The notes below the pieces were generated by a model. That model saw nothing but the letters and a program-made list of their open reading frames with translations. It was not told the origin of the DNA and did not search any database. DNA of 64,000 bases from an uncultured bacterium (GTDB lineage Bacteria; Actinomycetota; Acidimicrobiia; Spongiisociales; UBA5794), in contig CAWDDT010000009.1 of the NCBI GenBank assembly GCA_963801165.1, positions 288,001-352,000 of the forward strand. The letters are read 5' to 3'. Within the stretch, counting starts at the first letter, position 1. The number at the start of each line of letters is the position of its first letter. This document shows, piece by piece, positions 37,724 to 47,797 of this stretch. A program made the position numbers and the translations under genes.

Positions 37724-37748
37724 CATTCGAGTTTGCGTAGCAAACTCG
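37699..37748. repeat. Two adjacent perfect hairpins (REP-like or bidirectional terminator)
   Basis: TGTCAGCGAAGC-TTC-GCTTCGCTGACA (37699-37725) and CGAGTTTGC-GTA-GCAAACTCG (37728-37748). Confidence 0.7.
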
Positions 37749-37776
37749 GGTCGCGCGAAGAGGCGAGCTCGAGCCC

Positions 37777-37947
37777 TTACAACATCGAGTTGCCCTTCAT
37801 CTCGTTCGTGCGCAGCAGAGTCTCAGCGACGGGAGAGTCCTCCTCCTCGTCATAGAACCCGATGATTTCGTCGCTGCGGTGGGCACTCCAACGGATCAGC
37901 AGTACCACTGCGACGAGGATCCCGATCACGCCTATCCATACAACCAC
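37777..37947 (-). CDS. Small single-pass membrane protein (56 aa, below the ORF-track cutoff)
   Basis: MVVWIGVIGILVAVVLLIRWSAHRSDEIIGFYDEEEDSPVAETLLRTNEMKGNSML; GGAAAGG SD 8 nt before GTG. Confidence 0.55.
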   Translation of the reverse strand: MVVWIGVIGILVAVVLLIRWSAHRSDEIIGFYDEEEDSPVAETLLRTNEMKGNSML

Positions 37948-37958
37948 GGCTGCAACCT

Positions 37959-37995
37959 TTCCTGGCTTCGTATTCCTGGCTTCGTATTCCTGGCT
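37959..37995. repeat. 14-bp tandem repeat, ~2.6 copies
   Basis: TTCCTGGCTTCGTA twice, then TTCCTGGCT. Confidence 0.9.
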
Positions 37996-38282
37996 GTGTT
38001 CATTGTCAACGGTCGGCGGTGCGGCCCAACCCCTCGACAGGCGGCGGGACCTCCCAAATCCCTACAGGCCGCTTATGTGCTGGCCGTGCATTTCGTTCAG
38101 GTGGGGCAGTCAGCTATATCCATTGTGTGTCACTCGACACGGTGTCGCAACCCCCGTTCGGCCCCTCCGGGTAGTCCAACCGGTCGGGCAGAACGCCTCA
38201 AGATGGCCGCGCTGGGACCGAACTAGTTAGGGCACCATGCGCAGGTGCGGTCGATACCGTTGGTGCCAACGAAGGAGAGCTC

Positions 38283-39212
38283 ATGCAGGAATACCCGGCG
38301 AACCATGAGGGCCCGCCCGAGGTCGACATCACAGTCGTGCTGCCCGTGTTCAACGAGGCTGGTCACCTCGAGGAGGAGATCAAGAGGACGAGGGCCGCCC
38401 TCGACACATCCGACTACACCTACGAGATCATCTGCATCGACGACGGGTCGACAGACGGTTCGACCGAGCTGCTCCAGAAGATCGACGACATCCGGCTGTT
38501 CTCCTTTAACCAGAACAGGGGCACCGGATCCTCCCGCAAGTACGGGACGCTGGCGGCTCGGGGCCGTTATGTCGTCTGGACCGACACCGACATGAGCTAC
38601 CCGAACGACGAGATCCCGTGGCTCGTCGACCAGATCGACGGGTATGACCAGATCGTCGGCGCACGACGTACCGAGGAGGGCACCGTCAAGTTCCTCCGCA
38701 AACCGGCGAAATGGCTGATCCGCAAGCTCGCCAGCTACCTGACCGGGGTCAAGATCCCCGACCTGAACTCCGGACTGCGGGCGATGCGGGTCGAGGTGGC
38801 TCGTCAGTTCGTGCATCTCCTACCGCGTGGGTTCTCCTGTGTCACCACCATCACCATGGCTTTCCTCTCCAACGGCTATTCGGTGAAGTTCGTCCCGATC
38901 GACTACGCCAAGCGCGCTGGCAAGTCGAAGTTCCACTGGTGGGCCGATACCAGGCGGTATCTCATGCAGGTGATTCGCATGGTCCTGTCCTGGAACCCTC
39001 TCAAGATCCTGATGCCACCCGCCGGCATTCTCTTCCTCGCCGGTGGAGCGAAGGTTGTATACGACATCTTCGATAAGCACTGGCGGATGGGCACCAACAC
39101 GATCGTGATCCTCGGTGCAGCGTTTGCCCTGGCACTCCTCGGGATGGTCGCCGATCTGATGGTGCAGCTGAATAAGCAGCGTTACAACATCATCCCGGCA
39201 ACGCGGCGGTGA
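38283..39212 (+). CDS. GT2 glycosyltransferase (polyprenyl-P sugar synthase-like) with C-terminal TM helices
   Basis: VVLPVFNE, IDDGSTDGS, DTD, DLNSGLR. Confidence 0.9.
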   Translation: MQEYPANHEGPPEVDITVVLPVFNEAGHLEEEIKRTRAALDTSDYTYEIICIDDGSTDGSTELLQKIDDIRLFSFNQNRGTGSSRKYGTLAARGRYVVWTDTDMSYPNDEIPWLVDQIDGYDQIVGARRTEEGTVKFLRKPAKWLIRKLASYLTGVKIPDLNSGLRAMRVEVARQFVHLLPRGFSCVTTITMAFLSNGYSVKFVPIDYAKRAGKSKFHWWADTRRYLMQVIRMVLSWNPLKILMPPAGILFLAGGAKVVYDIFDKHWRMGTNTIVILGAAFALALLGMVADLMVQLNKQRYNIIPATRR

Positions 39213-39237
39213 TGCATGCTCGGCGCCTTTCCCGTGG

Positions 39238-40464
39238 GTGTGTGGTGAGCCGTTGAACGTGGTGCTGACCGGCACGTACTCGTCGCACAACAAAGGCGAC
39301 ATGGCGATGCAGCTGGTCATGGCGCGCGAGCTGAAGTCGCGCGGGTGCAACGTCGCCTCGAGCGTCCCCTTCCTGGAGACCGACATGGCATCGTATGCTG
39401 CTCACGGGGTTCCCGTCTTCGCATCCAATCGGCGCAAGCTCGTGCGAGCGACGTGGCAGCTGGTTCGCCTCATGGTCTGGCGCCTGCTCCGCCGTGTTTC
39501 AGGAGCTCACTGGATCGTGCCCGATGCGGATCTAGAGAGGATCCGTGCGGCCGACCTAGTGGTCGACCTGAGCGGAGACATGCTCACCGACGACTACGGC
39601 CCGCATGTCGCATACAGCCACTACCTCCCCCTCCTTGCTGCACGGCTCTGCGGTACGCCCTACGCGATTGTCGCGCAATCCATCGGGCCATTTCGCTATA
39701 CGCAGCCGCTGGCGCGAACGGTATTGAGGAATGCCTGTCTGGTGACGGTACGTGACGAGCTGAGCATCGCCCACGTCGCCAGCCTGGGTCTTCCCGAGCC
39801 CATCCTCACCGCAGATCTCGCTTTCCTCCTCGAATCCGCACCCAGCGACGCTGTGGCATGGCCGTCGGGCGACGTCCTGGGGGTGTCGGTGAGCAAGCTC
39901 ATGGAGAGCCACTACCAACGTCGCAATCCGCAGGCAGGCTCTCGCTCGTTCGCAGATGTGATGGCCGGAGATCTGGATGCCGTGGCCAGACGACACGGTC
40001 TTGCGGTTGTCTTTTTTCCGCAAGTGACCGGACCGGGGATCCAGAAGGACGATCGTGTAGCCGGCCGCGAGGTCGCTTGCAGGATGGAGATGCCCGCCAC
40101 CGTCATCGACAAGGACCTCGATCCGGTGGTGCTCAAGGGCCTGATCGCCCGGTGTCACGTGTTTGTGGGTTCGCGTATGCACGCCAACATCTCAGCCCTT
40201 TCGTCGCTCGTACCCGCAATACCTATCGCATACAGCCACAAGTCGCTCGGGATTGCTCGCGAGCTCGGTGTCGAGGGTCTCGTGGTCGATGTCTCCGAAT
40301 TGGCTCCCGGTGTGATCGAGCGGGTGGTCGACAACGTATTGGGCGAGAGGGAGACGTTGATCGCGAACCTGGAGGAGAGGCTGAAAGAGGTGCGGAGACG
40401 GTCGAAGATCAACACGGATCTGGTGATGGAGAAGATCGAAACTACCGAGGAGGGCCATCGGTGA
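39238..40464 (+). CDS. Polysaccharide pyruvyl transferase family (WcaK-like); start uncertain
   Basis: NKGDMAM, QSIGPF, VRDELS, ADLAF, GSRMHANI, AYSHK. Confidence 0.85.
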   Translation: MCGEPLNVVLTGTYSSHNKGDMAMQLVMARELKSRGCNVASSVPFLETDMASYAAHGVPVFASNRRKLVRATWQLVRLMVWRLLRRVSGAHWIVPDADLERIRAADLVVDLSGDMLTDDYGPHVAYSHYLPLLAARLCGTPYAIVAQSIGPFRYTQPLARTVLRNACLVTVRDELSIAHVASLGLPEPILTADLAFLLESAPSDAVAWPSGDVLGVSVSKLMESHYQRRNPQAGSRSFADVMAGDLDAVARRHGLAVVFFPQVTGPGIQKDDRVAGREVACRMEMPATVIDKDLDPVVLKGLIARCHVFVGSRMHANISALSSLVPAIPIAYSHKSLGIARELGVEGLVVDVSELAPGVIERVVDNVLGERETLIANLEERLKEVRRRSKINTDLVMEKIETTEEGHR

Positions 40465-42314
40465 ATCTGGTATTCGGCGCAGCGAGCGCCGACTCGTATG
40501 CGAGAGCCCGATCATGGGTGACGCGTAGGTACGGTGCCCCTCTTCGCAACGTGGTATCCGGTCCGGTGTGGGTTGGGGTTCTGTCGGGCTCGCTCGTCGG
40601 CGTCGCGACCAGGGCGGAGGTTTCCCTTGTCCTCATTGGCTCGATCCTCGGTCCTCTGGATGGCTTCGAGGGCAACCCGCTCGACGATGCCGATGCCGTG
40701 GCGCAGTGGCTTCTGGACCGGTTCGACGAGGCACCTGGCGACTTTGCCGCCGATCTCGATGGCCAGTTTGCGATCTGCGTAATCACGGGGACCGAGATCG
40801 AGCTGATTGTGGACGCGGCCGGGATGCGGACGTGGTACTACGACGACCGCGTGGACCTTTTTGCCTTCTCGACAAACCTGCGGGTGTTGGCGGAAAGTCG
40901 CGGCGACCTGAACATCGACCGCTCTTACGAGGACTTCTTCCTCCTCAGCGGCTACTACCCGAGAGGTACAACGCCTTATGAGCACCTGATGCCGATGGGC
41001 TCTGGATCGATGCTGATCTACGATCCCGGGGGTCTGCAGACTCGACCGATCCGGCGGCGTGTCCCCTCGCCGGCGGCAGTTGTCGGTGGCGCTGACGAAC
41101 ACGCAGTGATAGATGCTCTCTACGAAGTATTCCTGGCAGCGCTCGAGCAGCAGACGTCGACTGCACCACGCGCCGCGGTGTTGCTGGGCGGCTTCGACTC
41201 GGCTCTCGTTGCGGCGGGTCTGGCCCGAATCGGCAAAGTGGTCGAGACCTACTCGTTTGCGTATGCCGACGAGAGTTACAACCAACCGTTCGCCGATGAG
41301 CTCGCAGCGTTTCTCGGGGTCGAACATCACTGGGTCCGGTTCGATCACGAGGACATCAGGGAGGGCATGGAGACGTTCACGGACGTGTTCAACCGTCCTA
41401 CGAACTGGCCCAACTACGTCATTCAGACGGCAGAGTTGTGCAAGCGAATGGCCGGCGACGGTATTGCGCAATGCTTCTCGGGAGATGGATGTGACTCGAT
41501 CTTCCTCGGCTACCCGGGAACGTATCGGCGGGCTCGGGTCATCAGTGCGCTCGACCGGCTGCCGCGGGGGTTCTTCTCGCTGATGCTGCGCGTGCTACGT
41601 CGTCCACGGCTCGAACGCATGCTCGGGCACCCTTATCGGGTACTGCTCGGTGTAGTCAGGTCACGTCTACGGGATGAGCCTGCCCGGACTTATCTGTCCT
41701 TTCGCATCCTCGATGAGATCTCACTCCCGCAACTCCGGCGTGGCGCTCAGCCTCCTCAGTGCGCAACCATTGAGGAACTGGCGACAGAGGTTGCGGCCCC
41801 CTATGCCGACCTGCCCCGTTATCGCCTCGCCTACCAGGGCAAGTCCGCAGTGTCTCCCAACAAGAACAAGATGATCGGTAGCGCCGACGTCTCCGGGATC
41901 ACGGTGTGGTCGCCCTATATGCACAGCGCCGTCGCCAGCGTGGCCAAGAACCTTCCCGAAAAGCTCATGCGGCCGAGCGAGCATACCGGGTCCAGCGTGA
42001 CCGGCAAGTACATCCTGCAACGTATGGCTTCAGCGAAGCGTCTGCTGCCTGATGAGATCATCTACCAGCCCAAGGTTGCGGCAGTGGATGCACCCATCGA
42101 TCAATGGTACGCGGGACCGCTGAGGCCAACCGTACAGGGTCTTTGGGAGCATCTCCCATTTGAAGTCGACTCGAGTTACGTATCGAGTTTGATCAAGCCG
42201 AAGTGGTCGGAGAGGTTTTTCCGGCGCTACGTCATGATCGACAAAGTGATCACCCACGCTGCATCTCTGCTCGCCACCTATGGCGCCTTCACGGCGGCCG
42301 CCGACGATGACTGA
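40461..42314 (+). CDS. Asparagine synthase-related protein 1 (no N-terminal Cys)
   Basis: LDGQFA, LLGGFDS PP-loop, SGDGCDSIFLGY, KYIL, K. Confidence 0.78.
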   Translation: MNLVFGAASADSYARARSWVTRRYGAPLRNVVSGPVWVGVLSGSLVGVATRAEVSLVLIGSILGPLDGFEGNPLDDADAVAQWLLDRFDEAPGDFAADLDGQFAICVITGTEIELIVDAAGMRTWYYDDRVDLFAFSTNLRVLAESRGDLNIDRSYEDFFLLSGYYPRGTTPYEHLMPMGSGSMLIYDPGGLQTRPIRRRVPSPAAVVGGADEHAVIDALYEVFLAALEQQTSTAPRAAVLLGGFDSALVAAGLARIGKVVETYSFAYADESYNQPFADELAAFLGVEHHWVRFDHEDIREGMETFTDVFNRPTNWPNYVIQTAELCKRMAGDGIAQCFSGDGCDSIFLGYPGTYRRARVISALDRLPRGFFSLMLRVLRRPRLERMLGHPYRVLLGVVRSRLRDEPARTYLSFRILDEISLPQLRRGAQPPQCATIEELATEVAAPYADLPRYRLAYQGKSAVSPNKNKMIGSADVSGITVWSPYMHSAVASVAKNLPEKLMRPSEHTGSSVTGKYILQRMASAKRLLPDEIIYQPKVAAVDAPIDQWYAGPLRPTVQGLWEHLPFEVDSSYVSSLIKPKWSERFFRRYVMIDKVITHAASLLATYGAFTAAADDD

Positions 42315-43311
42315 ACGCTCTTCGCCATCCCGACGGCGCTGGCGCTACCTGGTCCGGCTTGCCATCGGGATTGCGATTGTTGTTGTCGTCATAAACGCGA
42401 TCGACACCGCGAGCTTGCGGCGTTCCCTCGCCGGAGTATCCATCCTCATCGTGCTTGCGGCATTTGTGATCAACACTGCAGCCTCCATCGTCCTGCCGGC
42501 AGTGGTGACCCATCAGTCGAATCCGCAGAATCATCTGACACTCATCGAGTTGATCCGGGTCAACCTGGCAGTTCGCTTCTATTCACTCTTCCTGCCTCGA
42601 GGCGCAGCCACCGGCGTGCGGTGGTGGCGATACAGGAGCGGCTCGCGGGGTCGCGACGCGGTCGCCCTTGTTGTCTTCGAGCGTCTGATGCAGATAGTCG
42701 CCGCGGGCTCAGTCACCGTTGTCGCTGTGCTTGCCGACCTCTCTCGGATGCATTCCGGGGCGGGAACGATCGCCCTGGTGATGGCCTTCGTAGTCGTTGC
42801 GGCCATGGCTGGCATCTCAGTGTTCATCTTTCCCGTGGGCGCTCCGCTCAGGCGATTGTTGGTCCGGTTTGTAGGTCGGGTCGACCAGACCGGGGACACG
42901 GGTGCCGGGGTGATTTCCGGTTACCGTGCTATCGGGCCACGGCGTGTCGCACGGATCGTATCTCTCTCGTTTGCGAGTCAGCTTCTGTTGGCCATCCCCG
43001 CATGGATGATCTCGGCTGAGCTCGGCCTCGGCGTTGGACTCGTAGGGGTCATGTGGATGAGGTCCACGATGGACCTGCTCACGCTGATTCCGATCACTGT
43101 TGCCGGCTTGGGCATACGGGAGGTGGGCTACGTCGCATTCATGGGTCTGTACGGTGTCTCCCGCTACGAAGCGCTGGCATTCTCTCTAGTCCTGCTGGGT
43201 ATTCAGATACTGATCGGTGTTACCGGTGGTCTCTCGGAAGCACAGAGGTGGCTGATTGCCCGAGAGGGTACGAAACAGCCGACGAGCCAAAGCGACCGCG
43301 GCGGCGAGTGA
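42307..43311 (+). CDS. Lysylphosphatidylglycerol-synthase TM domain / flippase-like protein
   Basis: Multi-TM; VFERL, IPITVAGLGIRE. Confidence 0.8.
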   Translation: MTERSSPSRRRWRYLVRLAIGIAIVVVVINAIDTASLRRSLAGVSILIVLAAFVINTAASIVLPAVVTHQSNPQNHLTLIELIRVNLAVRFYSLFLPRGAATGVRWWRYRSGSRGRDAVALVVFERLMQIVAAGSVTVVAVLADLSRMHSGAGTIALVMAFVVVAAMAGISVFIFPVGAPLRRLLVRFVGRVDQTGDTGAGVISGYRAIGPRRVARIVSLSFASQLLLAIPAWMISAELGLGVGLVGVMWMRSTMDLLTLIPITVAGLGIREVGYVAFMGLYGVSRYEALAFSLVLLGIQILIGVTGGLSEAQRWLIAREGTKQPTSQSDRGGE

Positions 43312-43358
43312 CCACCGGCGGATGGCAACACTCATCCGGGGTCGCCCGCGCTGGTTCG

Positions 43359-44444
43359 TCAGACAAGCTCCAGCAGGGCGGTTGCAAGGCTCACCCACGG
43401 GTCTTGTGTCCACCTATCGGCGGCGGCGTGCTGGAAGGCCTCATAGCCGTTGGCGAGTGTCTCGATCGCGTCTGCGAGCGCACCGGGATCGTTCGGCGGG
43501 CACAGAATGGCGTCGACGCCGTCGCGCACCTGCTCGGCCAGGCCGCCGACATCGGTTGTGATCACGGGTCGGCCGGCACCAAGGACAGCGGGGATGAGCC
43601 CAGACTGCGTCGCCGACGTATAAGGGAGCAATGCGGCGTGATGGGCGGCTATTCGAGCGAGAAGTGCATCGTCACTCAGGTAGCCGTCCTCCACCCTCAC
43701 TACGGCTCTGAGCTGCAACCCATCGATCATCTCACGTACTCGATCGGCGGTCGGTTCCCAGAAATCGCCAACTATGGTGAGCTCTACCGCGTACCCCGGG
43801 TGGGTGTCGAGATAGGCGCGTATGCCGCGGATTGCGACCTCGACGCCCTTGTACGGGCGAACGTAGCCCGGCTGGATCAATCGAAGTGGCGGACGGACCG
43901 GTGGGGAGGTGGCCCGCTGAGTGCCAAGGTGCGGCGGCAACGGGAATTGGTGAGCAGGCGCGTCCGGCAACAACGCCCTCAGCTCGGTCAGTTGCTGGGC
44001 GGAATGCACGACTATATGGCTCGCCTGTCTCAGGGCAAGCCGGGTCAGCTGAAGATCCAGCGGCAGTCTTTCGTGGGGTATGACGTTGTGGACCACACAC
44101 ACCGTGGGCACTGGTGCGATCGTACGAAGTGTTGCTGCCAGCTGGACGCCGTGGAACGCGGTAACCCACTGAACGATTGCCACATCGTGCGAGCGAGCGG
44201 CTCGCCCGGTACGAAACCACGACACCGGGTCCCACCATCTCAGCCAGAATTGCGTACGACTCAGAGGCCGGGCGTTGTCGTCCCATCGCAGCCCCTTGTA
44301 GAGCCGTCGTGGGTACTGAGAGGCCCAGGAATAGGCGTCAACATCGTGACCCATCGTCCGCAGAGCGTCGACAAGGTGGGCACCGTGTTGAGCGACGCCG
44401 CCTGGTATTGGCGGCAGTGGCCCGACGTACGCGATTCGCATCAT
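43359..44444 (-). CDS. GT4 glycosyltransferase
   Basis: PPIPGGVAQH, HNVIPHE, GYVRPYKG, LPYTSATQSG, TDVGGL. Confidence 0.9.
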   Translation of the reverse strand: MMRIAYVGPLPPIPGGVAQHGAHLVDALRTMGHDVDAYSWASQYPRRLYKGLRWDDNARPLSRTQFWLRWWDPVSWFRTGRAARSHDVAIVQWVTAFHGVQLAATLRTIAPVPTVCVVHNVIPHERLPLDLQLTRLALRQASHIVVHSAQQLTELRALLPDAPAHQFPLPPHLGTQRATSPPVRPPLRLIQPGYVRPYKGVEVAIRGIRAYLDTHPGYAVELTIVGDFWEPTADRVREMIDGLQLRAVVRVEDGYLSDDALLARIAAHHAALLPYTSATQSGLIPAVLGAGRPVITTDVGGLAEQVRDGVDAILCPPNDPGALADAIETLANGYEAFQHAAADRWTQDPWVSLATALLELV

Positions 44445-44468
44445 CAGAAGGGTAACTGCCGATGTCGG

Positions 44469-45386
44469 TCAGCCGGTATAGCCGTACCGTCTTCGGAGCG
44501 GATAGGTCACGATGTCAAACGTCCGGCTCGCGACGGGCTCGGTCGTCCGGGCCGCAATGCGAATCTGCCCATGGTCGAATCGCGAGGGGTTTCCCATGAT
44601 GGTGTGGCCAGGCTCGAGCACGACCGTGGAGTCGCTGCCGATGAGGTTCGAGGCCGTTCCCGTGAAGCCGGCGTGCCGGAGAATTCGGTCCACCGTCGCT
44701 TGCGGTGCCGTGGTGAAGTCCTCATAGCGGACGCGGAGCATCCGCTGTCCGATCTTTCGGGTTGCCCATTCTGCGGCGAGGTTGCGTCCCGTCCAACTGA
44801 AAGCAGTGTGGAGAGGGCTGAACATTGGCATCACCATGCCAGTGTCGGGAAATCGTTTCTCGGTCCTCCATGCGGCGGCAACGTCACGCGGGTCACGAAC
44901 CAAATGCAGCCCGAGCGATTTGATCCCATCGGGTGCCTCGAGCAGCGCAGGATCGAGCGGCCATTTCGAGCTGTCGATGAGCAGGCCGGCCCCGGTCACC
45001 GAAGCGATCGCGTGATACAAGGCTGCCATTAGTTCGAGGCCCTCTGCTCGGGTAGCCGCGAGGCGGCCGGGAAGGGCCGAGAGCATCAATCCGCCGAATG
45101 TGAACACCCGCCGCTGCCGGACAACGACCGCTTCGGGATCGGAGATAGCCTTTATCCCTACAGCGGTCATAGCGAGAGCATCGAGGACCCGCCCCCATAC
45201 ACGGCACTCCGTGACCGAGTCGCCGCAGCTGCAGGAATGGTTCCCTGTCAGGCCGTCCTGCCAGATTCGCCAGAGCTCGCCGACATGGAAGATGCCATCG
45301 ACCGAGCCCAGCACGTCTCCGATGATGGTTGAGCCGCTGCGGCCCTTACCAACGATAAAGACGACCGGAAGGGGGTCGGGCATCAT
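44469..45386 (-). CDS. Sulfotransferase family protein
   Basis: IVGKGRSGST (5'-PSB), DSSK, LVRDPR (3'-PB), VRYEDF. Confidence 0.85.
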   Translation of the reverse strand: MMPDPLPVVFIVGKGRSGSTIIGDVLGSVDGIFHVGELWRIWQDGLTGNHSCSCGDSVTECRVWGRVLDALAMTAVGIKAISDPEAVVVRQRRVFTFGGLMLSALPGRLAATRAEGLELMAALYHAIASVTGAGLLIDSSKWPLDPALLEAPDGIKSLGLHLVRDPRDVAAAWRTEKRFPDTGMVMPMFSPLHTAFSWTGRNLAAEWATRKIGQRMLRVRYEDFTTAPQATVDRILRHAGFTGTASNLIGSDSTVVLEPGHTIMGNPSRFDHGQIRIAARTTEPVASRTFDIVTYPLRRRYGYTG

Positions 45387-46312
45387 CTCGATGTTCGCAT
45401 CACTAGTACCGCGATAGGTGCCGAGAACACGAGCCCAACAACTCTCACGATGGCCACTGTGACGATTGCAGCGGCGACTTCCAGGCCAACGAGGGGTGCA
45501 AGGACGCCGGCGACCAACTCGCGAACGCCGAGTCCGCCTGGCACGATCCCGACGGTCGATGCGATCGCCCCCGCCGCTACCAGACCAACGGCTTGGATCA
45601 CAGTGGGGTCGAGCCCCAATGCCGCCATGGTCAGCAAGATCCGGGCCACCCCCGTGGCCAGCGACGCGATCTCAATACCCGAGCCCATGGCCAGCCAGAA
45701 GCCACGGCTGTGCCTTGCGGCGCGGCGCGGCCCGATGAGAACCGCCGCCGCCATGGCAGCTAATCCGGCAACCACCATGGCCATACCAACGGCGATCGAA
45801 CCGGCGAAGCAGAGTGCCAACCCCGAGACGATCAGTGCCCATGCCAACCAGAGAACGCCGATGCCGATCGTGGCGGCGGCAGCGCGTCTGGCTCCTGCTG
45901 CTCTCGAAACCAGGTCGTTGACTCGCAAAGCAGCGGCACCCGGCAGCGGCAGGAGGTTGGCCAGAGTACCGAGAACAGTGATGCGCAGTGACTCTGTCCA
46001 GTTGGCGCCGACTCCACTGGCGGCTGCCACCAGCCGGTACTCGGCTGCCGTCAACCCAACTGACACCGGTACGAGTATGCCCGAGGCGACGAGAGCGCCC
46101 CATCGCAGATCGCTGGGAGACAGATGGAGTGCCTGCCACGACACGATGGCGACGACGATGAGAGCGACGCCGGCAATTGCCATAACCGCTGGGTGAGGGC
46201 TCGAGGCGCCGCGATGGACTCGCTGCCCGGTTCGCGCCACCACGCGGCGAAACCGCTGACGTCCGCCCGACCGGTGCTCCTCGTCCCTGTGTCCGCCCGC
46301 CGATGTCGGCAT
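45383..46312 (-). CDS. Flippase-like (LPG synthase TM domain) membrane protein
   Basis: Multi-TM; ANLLPLPG, VPGGLGVRE. Confidence 0.75.
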   Translation of the reverse strand: MPTSAGGHRDEEHRSGGRQRFRRVVARTGQRVHRGASSPHPAVMAIAGVALIVVAIVSWQALHLSPSDLRWGALVASGILVPVSVGLTAAEYRLVAAASGVGANWTESLRITVLGTLANLLPLPGAAALRVNDLVSRAAGARRAAAATIGIGVLWLAWALIVSGLALCFAGSIAVGMAMVVAGLAAMAAAVLIGPRRAARHSRGFWLAMGSGIEIASLATGVARILLTMAALGLDPTVIQAVGLVAAGAIASTVGIVPGGLGVRELVAGVLAPLVGLEVAAAIVTVAIVRVVGLVFSAPIAVLVMRTSR

Positions 46313-46515
46313 GCGGCGAGAGTAGTGACTTGGCGGGCCGAGAGACGGATATTGTGGTTCCGTGAGGTCCGGGCAAATCGCCCGCCCGCGCGTCATCATG
46401 GCACCACTGCACCCGTTGGCGGCCACCTTGCCAGGTAGGTCCCGCTTAACACGGTTTACGTTGGGGCCGATGAAGCAACAGATGGCGTCGCATAGCGGCA
46501 TGGGAGGCTGGTCTC

Positions 46516-47772
46516 TTGGGCAACTCAACACCCGTTGGTCGTGGGCCGCTCTCCGGCATAGCGGTTCTGGCCGATCACTCGAGTTTACGTCTGTTTCTCT
46601 TGGTGGCGGCGCCGCTCCTGGCGCTATACCTCGTGACGGCGAGCTGGACTCTGCCCTATCACATTGATGCTGTTACGAACGTATTCACTGCCTGGGAGCT
46701 GGGTACCCACGGAGACGTGTATCTCGACCACCAGGCGGTGCTCGCGGCGCCCGAGTATCTGCGAACCGTTGCCTGGGTGGTTCCGGCCGGTGACTCAGCG
46801 GCGTCCCAGTATCCACCGGGAGCCGCAGCTATCGCAGCTCCCCTCTACGCCATCTGGCCGCAGCAAGCCAAGAGTATCGTCGTCCAGAACGAGACGGCAG
46901 ATGTTCCTCCGGTCGAGATACTCATGCCGCCGATCGGTCCGGCGGCCATGACCGCTGCGATGGTTTCGGCGATCGCGATGGGGCTTCTGGCCCTTGTGTT
47001 TTGTCGGCTCACAGATGCCCGGACCGCGCTAATTGCTGCCTATGTCGCGGGTCTTGGCACGGGCGTGTGGTCGGTAGCCGCTGACTCCTTGTGGCAACAC
47101 GGGCCCGCGATGCTGTGGATCATCGCTGGTGTGCTCTTATCGACCGGGTTTCAGCTCTGGTCGGGCTTGGCTTTTGGCGCGGCCGTTCTGACCCGTCCGC
47201 ACACGGCTCTCGTTGCTGCCGGAAACGGGTTGTACCAGTCGTGGCGGGAAAGGTCCGTCTGGCCTGCACTGAAGATCGGGCTCGGTGCCACGTTGGGACT
47301 GGCGGCGCTTGTCTGGTTCAACGCTGTCGTCTTCGGGAGCCCGTCTATCTCGGGTGGCTATTCGGGTGTATTCACAGAGCGAGCAGCCAGCCTCGATCTC
47401 GCTGCTTGGGGCCGCAACTTGATCGGTGCACTGGTCGATCCCGTGCGCGGTTTGCTCGTGTACTCGCCATTCTTGATTCTCCTGCTCCCCGGCCTTCCCG
47501 CCGCGTGGCGCAAGGCGCCCGACTGGGTGCGCGGATCGGCGTTGGGGGGTCTTGCCTACATCCTTGTCCAGCTCAAGGCGAATCGCTTCTCCGGGGGCGA
47601 CACATTTTGGGGCTACCGCTACCCGCTCGAGATGTTGGCCGCCGCGGCGCCGCTGTTGCTGTTGAGCTACACCGAGTGGGTGCGGCGCGGGTCCGCTCTG
47701 CTCAGGCGCATGTTCTTCTACGTGGCCGCGGTGTCGATTCTCTTCACTGCCGTTGGTGCCATCGTCTACTGA
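46516..47772 (+). CDS. Polytopic membrane protein, GT-C-like glycosyltransferase
   Basis: About 10 TM helices; SQYPPG loop, LWQHG, TRP, RGLLVYSP, WGYRY. Confidence 0.6.
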   Translation: MGNSTPVGRGPLSGIAVLADHSSLRLFLLVAAPLLALYLVTASWTLPYHIDAVTNVFTAWELGTHGDVYLDHQAVLAAPEYLRTVAWVVPAGDSAASQYPPGAAAIAAPLYAIWPQQAKSIVVQNETADVPPVEILMPPIGPAAMTAAMVSAIAMGLLALVFCRLTDARTALIAAYVAGLGTGVWSVAADSLWQHGPAMLWIIAGVLLSTGFQLWSGLAFGAAVLTRPHTALVAAGNGLYQSWRERSVWPALKIGLGATLGLAALVWFNAVVFGSPSISGGYSGVFTERAASLDLAAWGRNLIGALVDPVRGLLVYSPFLILLLPGLPAAWRKAPDWVRGSALGGLAYILVQLKANRFSGGDTFWGYRYPLEMLAAAAPLLLLSYTEWVRRGSALLRRMFFYVAAVSILFTAVGAIVY

Positions 47773-47797
47773 GGTCGCATCGATGTAGCCTGGAGGC

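Noticed and set aside
43053-45032. Long antisense ORFs (also 5495-7279, 15400-16929, 18207-19790, 62089-63819)
   Set aside because: Shadow frames of recognisable genes in high-GC DNA
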